Positions 55,225 through 64,000 of a stretch of DNA of 64,000 nucleotides are shown here, piece after piece; position 1 is the first letter of the stretch; each line of letters starts with the position of its first letter. The translations under genes were made by a program, and so were the position numbers. Origin of the DNA: Vicugna vicugna (Eukaryota); NCBI GenBank assembly GCA_013265495.1, contig MU057651.1:1003674-1067673 (forward strand). Direction: 5' to 3'. The notes under the pieces are model-generated. The model searched no databases. It was not told the DNA's origin and was given only the letters and a program-made list of their open reading frames with translations.

Positions 55225-55265
55225 ACACACACACACACGCACACACACACGCACGCACACACACC
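55225..55265. repeat. (CA)n microsatellite, interrupted
   Basis: Visible repeat. Confidence 0.95.
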
Positions 55266-55719
55266 ACAAACTCACACATTCTAGATATGTAGAAATGCCA
55301 GATTTAAAAGTATAAATGTATACTTGATCTTGAAAAGAAGAATAGAAATTTCCAGGTACCAGAAACAAAGAAAATACCCAAAATGGTGAGTAGAATTTGA
55401 AGACTTGTGACTCAAAGGGATAAGTGAACCAGATATAGTTTTTAGGATCTGAATTTTAATACTTAAAAGAGGATGAGTCTGGGCTGCAAGTTCTATGTGT
55501 AGTGGCAGAGTTAAAACTGGCATACCTGGGAAAGGAGGAAAGAAGAGAAATGTAAAGACTGTCTTCTTAAAAAAAAAAATCTAATTGCTGGCCTGAGAAG
55601 AGCAATTATGTAGTCCTTGCCCCAATTCATAGGTGAAAAGAAAGTCATCCTGAAAAAAAAATCGATGAGCCTAGACAATGTGACTTGAAAAGAAAAAAAG
55701 CAATATATATACATATAAA

Positions 55720-56660
55720 ATAAAAATAAATAATATATCAATAATCACAATCAATGTAAATGGATTAGAAGCACCTATTTGAAGACAGAGACAATCAGAT
55801 TAGATATTAAAAATTAAGCTATATGCTGCCTATAAGAGACATACCTAAAACATCGTGAATCAGAGAAGTTATAAGAAAAATAGGAGGACAGAAATAGATG
55901 GAACAGGCAAAATGGAATCTAAAGTCAAAAGCATTAATAAAGACAAAGAGATGCATCACTTAATGAATAACAAATCACCATTCACTAAAAAAAATTCTGT
56001 GCATCTTAAAATATGGTTCCAAATGTATAAAGTGAACGTTGACAGAATTAAAATGAGAAATAACCTAATCCGTAATCATAGTGAGAGATTTTAACACATC
56101 TCATTTGGGAACTGATAAAGTAGATAAATTTATCAGGGATACATAAAATTTGAATCAAATGAATAAAACAATAAAATTGAGCTAATAGATAAATATATAA
56201 AAAACACTGGCCAATCTGATAAGGCTACATACTGTATGAATCCAACTATATGACATTCTGGAAAAGGCAAAACTACAGAAACAATAAAAAGATCAGTAGT
56301 TGCCAGTGGTTGAAGAAAGGGAGGGATGAATCAATGGAATGCAGTATTTTTAATGCAGTGAAACTATTCTGTAAAATACGACAATGATAAGTTCATGTCA
56401 TCATATATTTGTCCAAACCTATAGTGTGTAAAACACAGAGCAAACCCTAATGTAAACTGTGGACTTTGGGTGATAATGAAGTGTTTAAGTGGAGGGTCAT
56501 TTATTGTAATAAATATATCACCATGGTGGAAAATGTTGATAGTGGGAAGAGATGTTGATAGTGGGGGGAAGGGAGTATATGGGAACTCTCTGTACTAACT
56601 CACTTTTGCTGTGAACCTAAAACTACTATAAAAAAATAAAGCCTATTTGTTAAAAAAAAA
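55720..56660 (+). mobile_element. Old L1 fragments (ORF2 endonuclease start, then L1MC-like 3' end)
   Basis: tcaataatcacaatcaatgtaaatgga (ITINVNG) and ctatatgacattctggaaaaggcaaaac...tttgctgtgaacctaaaactac. Confidence 0.75.
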
Positions 56661-57424
56661 CTTTAAATAATACAGAGAAAAGAATTAAAGGCTTTAGAAT
56701 GAGATCAGATAGCCTAGAATCCCAGCTCAGCTAAATACTAGCTGTGTGTAGCTGTGTGACTTTGGAAAATTTGCTTAGCCTCCTTGTGCCTCAATTTTCT
56801 TATTTTGTACATGAGGATACCTCATAGAGTTGTTGTGAGAATTAAATAAGTTAGTACCTGCACAGTACTTGGCACATAGTGTAATAGTAGCCATTGTTAC
56901 TATTCGAGACTGATGGAAATGAATGGGTTCTTAAATTATTCAAGGATCTAGAACTACAGCCTCTCCTAGTAGCTTAATCTAATATCTAGTTTCTCATCCA
57001 TTTGGATACTTTCTCTTTACAATAGTGAAGCCTGTTTACTCTAGTTTTGACCATTGTAGAACTGAAGAACATGTTTATCATCCTCATAGTAACACTCCAA
57101 GAGCTTTGGACAAGATAGGAGCCTGGAGTCTAGTCTCATCTCCACAATCACCTAACAGGTTGCCTTTTAGTACCTTATTTTGTGCCTTCCATAAGAGGAT
57201 AATAATTCCAACCCTACTCTACCTCCCAAAGTTGTTGTGAGGACTTTATAAAATAATGTGCCTGATACTGTTTGATAGTTTAAAGGACTCTATAAATGTA
57301 AGGGATTAATAGTTACCTGAAGAAATGTTTTAAATTATCTCTTAATCATCTCTGTTCAAACTTAATTACTCTAACCCTCTTCATGTTCCTCTGAAAATGT
57401 GGATATAAGTAAAATATTAATTAC

Positions 57425-58500
57425 TTAATTCATTCATTTCACAAACATGAATTGAGGGCCTACTTCATGTCAATCACACTATTAGGTGCTGAGGGAACAT
57501 GATTAATAAAGCATTGTCCCTGCCACCAAGAAGCTTAAAGTCTAATAGAGAGACAAACATGAAAAATAAATGTGTTATATCATGGTAAATGTTTTGGGAC
57601 AGATAAAGATATGCTATGGGAATATAGATAATAGGAGATTTATTCTAAGGGAAGCTATGAAATGCTTCACAGGGAAGGTGACATTAGTGCTGGACTTTGA
57701 AGGATAAATAGGAAATTTCCAGGTGCAGAAAAGAAGAGCATTTAAGCAGGTGGAATAGCATAAGTAAATTCATGGAGGCATAAAATTACATGGCATGTGT
57801 AATAAGGATGATATTTATGCATGGTGAGAGATAAAGCAAATGAAGGGCACTTGGTAGTGAATTATATTTGGAAAATGTTGGCTTTAAGATGCCTATGAAA
57901 CTTCTCTTTGGGTGTTATAATCCAATAGAAACGTAGATATGGAGTGATTTGGCGGTCATCAGTATACAGGTATTAGCTAGATATGATGAGGGAGAGAGAG
58001 TGATCTTGAGTGATATTTGTGTTTCTTGTTCGTGTGACTCAGTAGATAACAGTGCCTTCACTGATATAAAGAACATATAGGAAGAGGAATATAGGGGATA
58101 GGAAATCACATGGTCCTTTGGACATGTGGATTTTCAGGTACCCATGGGACATCGAGATGAAGATGCTCAGTAGCATTTGACTATAAAAATATAATATTCT
58201 AGAAAATGAATTTGGTTGGAGATATAGAGATGGTAGCTGAAGTAAAGGAAATGGGTAAAATTGCTCAGGAATAGTGTGTAGAATAAGAATAGGAGCTAGG
58301 ACAAAGCCATGGTGAATACCAACATTTAACAACTAGGCAGAGGTATGGGTCCAGCAAAAGAGATCAAGGAGGAACTAGAGAAATATGATGAGGACCAAAA
58401 GTGTCACAGAAGCCAAAAGAAGAGGATATTTCAAGGGGGGAGAGGCCAACTGTGTGAAATACTGAGGACTGAGAGATCAAGTAATATAAGAACTAAGTGC
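57425..58500 (-). mobile_element. L2 LINE fragment
   Basis: Starts ttcattcatttcacaaacatgaattgagggcctac; minus ORF 58039 LNVGIHHGFVLAPIL resembles L2 RT motif 4. Confidence 0.65.
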
Positions 58501-58649
58501 CCATTGAATATTTATTGAATGACTGGTTTTCACTTGCAATTTTCTGGACACAAAGGACTCTGAGAATATCAAACCTGAAAACTAGAAAAAGCACTGACAG
58601 TCAGTGCCTTGTTTTCCACCCATCTGGTAACTGATACACCTTCCTCAAG

Positions 58650-59245
58650 TTCAACAATTATTATATGTGCTCCGACACCTTGGTTTCCCCCTTGCCCTGA
58701 GCTGCCCAGACAAGGAAATCACCTGGCTACTTGTTGGAACACTTGTAATCAATTCAAGCAAAGTAAAAAATATCAAAAGCTTAGCCCGTAATGAAACTGA
58801 CCATATAGGCCTCCCCAGGGTGCAGAGGTTTATGAGCTGTGCCTGGACTATGTTAAGAAAATTAAAACTGGGTTTGTAACAAAAAGGCCAAAGTGTCAAG
58901 TCACTAAAAGCAGAAAATTCCACTTGCAACACAGATACCCACTCCCACACTGGTTTATGATGAGAGAAAGTGAAGATTTACAATATGCTTTCCATAAAGT
59001 TGTGACAGCCATTGATCTGGGGCTGCCCAGAGGTTCTACCTCATTATCCAGGGAGAGAGGGCAAAGTGCTTAGTCACAGAACAGGCTTTGTCTTTAAGAG
59101 GACCACCTCTTACACCTGGACTTTTTCAGTATTTATACTAGAATTGAAGCAAGAAGTAAGTTGGTTCTTCAGTCTAAGCTCAAGAAACACTTGTGTACCA
59201 ACTGCAGATGATTTATTTAAAGTCACTCTTCTGACATCCTTGGAA
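58650..59245 (-). mobile_element. Decayed non-LTR RT remnant (motifs 0-3)
   Basis: NKSSA..EL..QLTSCFNSSINTEKV..EVVLLK; FSAFSDLTLW..FLNIVQA (by eye). Confidence 0.55.
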
Positions 59246-59264
59246 GCTATACAAGCTAGTATAA

Positions 59265-59680
59265 GCTAGGTTATGCCACAGTAAGAAGCAATCTCAAAAT
59301 TCTAGTGGCTTATAGTAAACATTTAGTTTTTGCTCATACTACATATCCAAATAGGTTGGTTAGAAGGCAGTGGGGAGGGCACTACTCATAAGCAGATCTT
59401 AGTTGTCTTCATTCTGGAATCCTGGCTAACAGAAAAGGAGGTACATTGGATGTTGCCAGGTAACGCATCACGTAGAAAAGGGAAAGTGGCAAAGCAAGCA
59501 CTGGTTCTTCCAGTTCACACCAAGAAGTGACACATGCCACTTCTGTTCATATTTTATTGACCAAAGCAAGTCATATGTCAGAGTTTGATTTTGAAAGGGT
59601 GGGAGAGTATCATCCTTCTGTAGGTAGAGATACTGCAGGAAGGAATGCCAAATATGATTGAAAAATATAATAGCCTATCA
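59265..59680. mobile_element. MaLR MLT1-type LTR
   Basis: gctaggttatgccacagtaag...gaagtgacacatgccacttctgttcatattttattgaccaaagcaagtcatatg. Confidence 0.7.
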
Positions 59681-60289
59681 GAGAAGACAAAAAAATTGTT
59701 AAACCTTGAATAGATTGCTAGGATGGGTTACATTGGCTGACTTTTAGCTCTACTGAATAGCGGATAAATGATCAGGAAAATGGTACGGCTTTTAAAATCC
59801 ATAATGGTAGTACACATCTGATCCTGGCACTCCTACCCACTCCCTTTAAAAAGAACCCAGAACATGGATTGTAAATTTAGTAAAGATCAAAGGGAGAATT
59901 TCTCTCCAAAGGGCAGCACCAGTAAGACATACTCAGGTGTTTAGCAAGTCCTTTCCACAACACACATTTATCCACTCATTCAACATATATTTATTGAGCA
60001 TCTACTGTGTTCTCAAGCATTGTGGTAGGTGCTGGGAGAAAAACAACAAACACTTGACCCCCACCTTTATGGAGTTCACAGTCTAGTGGGAGACAGACAT
60101 TAACACACAAGTTGATACATCATCACAAATTAGGATGAGTGCTGTGAAGAAAATAGAAGTGCAATAAGAGCAAAAGAGGTGTGCCTACTTAGATAGGGCT
60201 GGTCAAATAAGGCATCTTTGAGGAGGTGACATTTAGGTTGAGATTTGAAAGATATATAAGATATATAAGAACCAGAAACAAAGTCACTG

Positions 60290-60423
60290 ATACAAAGAAT
60301 AAACTGGTCAACCCAGGCATTTCCTCTTTGACAGCCAATGACTTCTGGTAGTCTTTGTTGGAATGAAGCCTCAACAGTGGATTCTGAAATGGTAGCCAAA
60401 TAGTTGGCAGTGGATATTTTCAT
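60290..60423 (-). mobile_element. Decayed non-LTR RT remnant (motifs 1-2)
   Basis: ANYLATISEST..QQRLPEVIGCQRGNAWVDQF ~ ANYRPISLLST..QRL..GFRRGRSTVDQI (by eye). Confidence 0.55.
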
Positions 60424-60449
60424 GACAGCTATGTCTGGTTTCTCTACTT

Positions 60450-62005
60450 TTTTTCTGTTTTGTTTTGTTTGTTCATTTCTTTTGTTTTCTAGATTCCATA
60501 TATAAGTGAAATCATACAGTATTTGTTTTTCTCTGTCTGACTTATTTCACTTAGCATAATGCCCTCCAGGTCCATCCATGTTGCTGCAAATGGTAATAGT
60601 TCTTTTTTATGGCTGAGTAATAGTCCATTGTGTGTGTATCTATATATAGATATCACATCTTTATTCATTCATCTATTTATGGACACTTAGGTTGCTTCCA
60701 TATCTTGGCTATTATGAATAATACTGCAAAGCACATTATCTTTTCCAATTAGTATTTTCACTTTCTTCAGGTAAATTCCCAGAAGTGAAATTGCTATATC
60801 ATACGGTAGTTCTGTTTTTAGTTTCATGAAGAATCTCCATACTGTTTTCCATAGTAGCTGCACCTATTTTCATTCCTACCAATAGTGCAAGAGGGATCCC
60901 TTTTCTCCACATCCTCATCAGATCTTGTTGTTTCTTGTCTTTTTGGTAATAGCTATACTGACAGGTGTGAGGTATCTCATTGTGGTTTTTATTTGCATTT
61001 TCCTAATGATAAGTAATGTTGAGCACGTTTTCATGTGCCTATTGACCATCTGTATATCTTCTTTGGAAAAATGTCTATTCAGGTCCTCTGCCCATTTTTA
61101 ATCAGGTTATTTTTCCTTTAAATATGGAGTTGTATGAGTTCTTTATATTTTTTGGAAATCAAAAAGCCCTTTTTGGATATATCATTTGCCAGTATCTTCT
61201 CTGATTTAGTAGGCTGCCTTTTCTTCTTGTTGATCATTTTCTTTGCTGTGCAGAAGATTTTTAGCTTGATGTAGTCCCATTTGTTTATTTTTGCTTTTAT
61301 TGCCCTTGCCTGAGGAGATTGATCCAAAAAAAAAATATTAAGCCATTGTCAAAAAGTGTACTGCCTATGTTTTCTCCTAAGTTTTATTTAAGTATTTAAC
61401 CCATTTTGAGTTTACTTTTGTATTATAATGTAAGAAAGTGGTCCAGTTTCATTCCTTTGCACGGAGTTGTCCAGTTTTTCCAACACCACTTATTGAAGGG
61501 ATCATCTTTTCCCTACTGTATATTCTTGGCTCTTTTGTCATAAATTAATTGCCCATATAAGTATGGGTTAATTTCTGGGCTCTCTTTTCCATTCCATTGA
61601 TCTATGTGTCCATTTTTGTGCCAGTAACATATTGTTTTAATTACTTAACATTTTGTAGTATAGTTTCAAATCTGAGACTATGATACTTCCAACTTTGTTC
61701 TTCTTTCTCAATGTTGCTTTGGCTATTTGGAGTCTTTTGTGGTTTTATACAAATTTTAGGATTATTTGTTCTAGTTCTGTGAAAAATGCTGTTGATTTTT
61801 TGATAGAGATTTCACTGAATCTGTTGATTGCTTTGGGTAGTATAGCCATTTTAACAATATTGAGTCTTTCAGTCCATAAGCTCAGTATATCTTCCCACTT
61901 AATTGTGCCACCCTCAATTTATTTCCTCAGTATCTTATGGTTCTTAGAGTACAGGTCTTCCAACCTTCTGATTAAATTTATTCCTAGATACTTTATTCTT
62001 TTTTA
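60450..62005 (-). mobile_element. L1 3' 1.55 kb
   Basis: Minus ORF 61118 [19 protein letters not shown] and typical 3' UTR. Confidence 0.92.
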
Positions 62006-62016
62006 AAATTTGCATT

Positions 62017-62180
62017 CTTTTTTATTGAAGTATAGTCAGTTTACAAGGTTGTATCAATTTCTGGTATACAGCATAATGTTTCAGTCATATATATATATAT
62101 ACGTATATATATATATATTCATTTTCATGTTCTTTTCATTATAGGTTACTACAAGATATTGAATATAGGTCCCTGCACTA
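62017..62180 (-). mobile_element. Second L1 3' end with (TA)n
   Basis: ttttattgaagtatagtcagtttacaaggttgtatcaatttctggtatacagcataatg. Confidence 0.8.
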
Positions 62181-64000
62181 AATTCGTTGTTTGTTTATTT
62201 TTAAATTGATATAGATTGATTTTTGAATGTAGTAATATTATAATTATTGTATCTAATAGCTGCTGAACACTTACAACCTTATCTTAATCCTTGCAAAATC
62301 CATGTGAAATGAGTACTATTATTATGACCCTGACTGTACAAATGAAGAAAACAAGCTCAGAGAGGTTAAATGACTTGCTAAAGTCACACAGCCAATATGA
62401 GATAAATCTGGGAATTGAACCTAGAACTGGTTAACATCATTTCTCATATCTTTTCAGTCTTTTCAGTCTGCTACCCTCCCTTCAGGTGCTGATCAGAAAT
62501 TCCTTAGAATATGAGCTTCTACCATTGTATAAATAAACAGGGGAACTTGACTATAACAAGTAGGTTTTATCAAAGGTAAGTATTTACTCTCTCCTGGTCT
62601 TTTATTTGAACAAAAGTCCCTTTCCTGGAAGTCATCAAAACTGACTGTTGAATCAGGGCCAAAGCTCTTTGAAAATGCCTTGAGATCCATGGAGTGGATG
62701 GAGGTAGCAGAAGGTGTAATGATCAAGCTCAATTATTCTAAGTTCCAAGATCCACATTCTAAGGGTGGCTCTCAGAGCCTCCTGTCCCAGAAATGATACT
62801 GCACATCAAGCTGCCCTTAAAAGGATTCATGTGTGTGCAAACTCCATCTGACTTTCTCCTTTAGTGACATATTGGAATCAAGGACTCTCTGGTGACTCAG
62901 AAGGGGCTTTTACAGCAGAGTAAGAAAAACTACTTCATGTAACTGTTTTCCCCCAGATGATTAAATTAAACATCTTTCCTTGTTGTTGGATTTATTTTTC
63001 ACTTTTTAAAATAAACAATCCCAGGATTTTTTTCCCTCTCTAGTCTCCTTATTACTATACCACAGACAAGAGAGACATTTGACACAAACAATTTGGGAGC
63101 AGAATTTACAGTGTTTATTAGATTTCCCTTTGTTTTCTTGGTTAATCCAAATAAACATTTCCCTCCTCTTTTAAAGGAAAAAAGTATCTGGGGCCAACTT
63201 TTTCAGATCACTTCTCTCTCTCTCTCTTTTCCCAAACCCCCAACCCCTACCTCCATCTCATGGTATCTCTTCCTCCACAAGTTCCCCAACTCATTGCTGT
63301 TTTTGTTATGTTTTGTTTTTACTTTCAGAAGAAATTTCAGAGAAAGGCACATGTTCAAGCTTCTCCAGTTCTTATTTCTCCTAAGAATGGCTTCAATGAC
63401 TATTCCTTGTACTATCTTACTCAGTAGACTCAAGTTTTGTATTTACCTCCCTTCCCTTCAAACCCTGTGATCCCCTCCTAACCAATCCATAACCATATAT
63501 GGCCATTTCACTTTCAAGGTATCAGAGAAGGGGATCATTTCTTGTTTTTTGGCCTCCAGTGAGTCCAAAGCCTGAGAGATTTCCTTTATTTGGTTTCCTG
63601 GGCTCCCTTGAGCTATCTCCTCAATTTTCATCTCTGTATCTGAGGCTCTTAGTCAGTTGAACAAGCTCTCACATGTTCATCTAAAGCAGAGGTAAGAAAA
63701 ATAAATAAACCAGGGTCCCATGTTCAGATGTCTCTAATCCAAGTTCTGTGGAGGTGAAGGGGCACCATTCTGGAAAAACAATTGGGTCAGACCGGAGCTG
63801 CCATTCAGCAAACAGCTGCCTTCTTGGCACTAATAACTACTTGTCCTATTTACTCATTGAGTCAGAATTTTAGATCCCTTTCTCTCACAGTCACAAGGTC
63901 CTGACAGGGAAACTATGAGGAAACGGGGAGGCACATTGACTGTCCTTTTCCTAAGGATGGGAATAACCTGAGCAGGTGTGACCAAGGGGAGTGGGGAGAG

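Noticed and set aside
56900..57100. Further RT-like peptide (EWVLKLF)
   Set aside because: Single short motif without ordered neighbours.

Overview
Mammalian genomic DNA, probably camelid X chromosome (inferred from a camelid-type tRNA-derived SINE and L1 3' ends). It holds the last five coding exons of CHRDL1 (chordin-like 1/ventroptin, + strand, 255 C-terminal aa), its ~2.3 kb 3' UTR, and ~43 kb of repeat-rich downstream DNA with no other recognisable protein gene. Ordinary repeats are present: L1, L2, MIR, MaLR/ERV LTRs, hAT and Tigger DNA transposons, and a 5'-truncated RPL35A retrocopy. The main unexpected observation is that much of the apparently unique DNA (introns, 3' UTR and intergenic) translates into roughly 25-30 heavily decayed non-LTR retrotransposon reverse transcriptase (RT) fragments, mostly RTE-like. 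Their motifs lie in the correct order, younger repeats are nested inside them, and their strand bias comes in blocks. These matches were made by eye against consensus motifs recalled from memory and need a frameshift-aware profile search with a shuffled control. Repeat family names and boundaries are approximate. No intact novel gene system was found.
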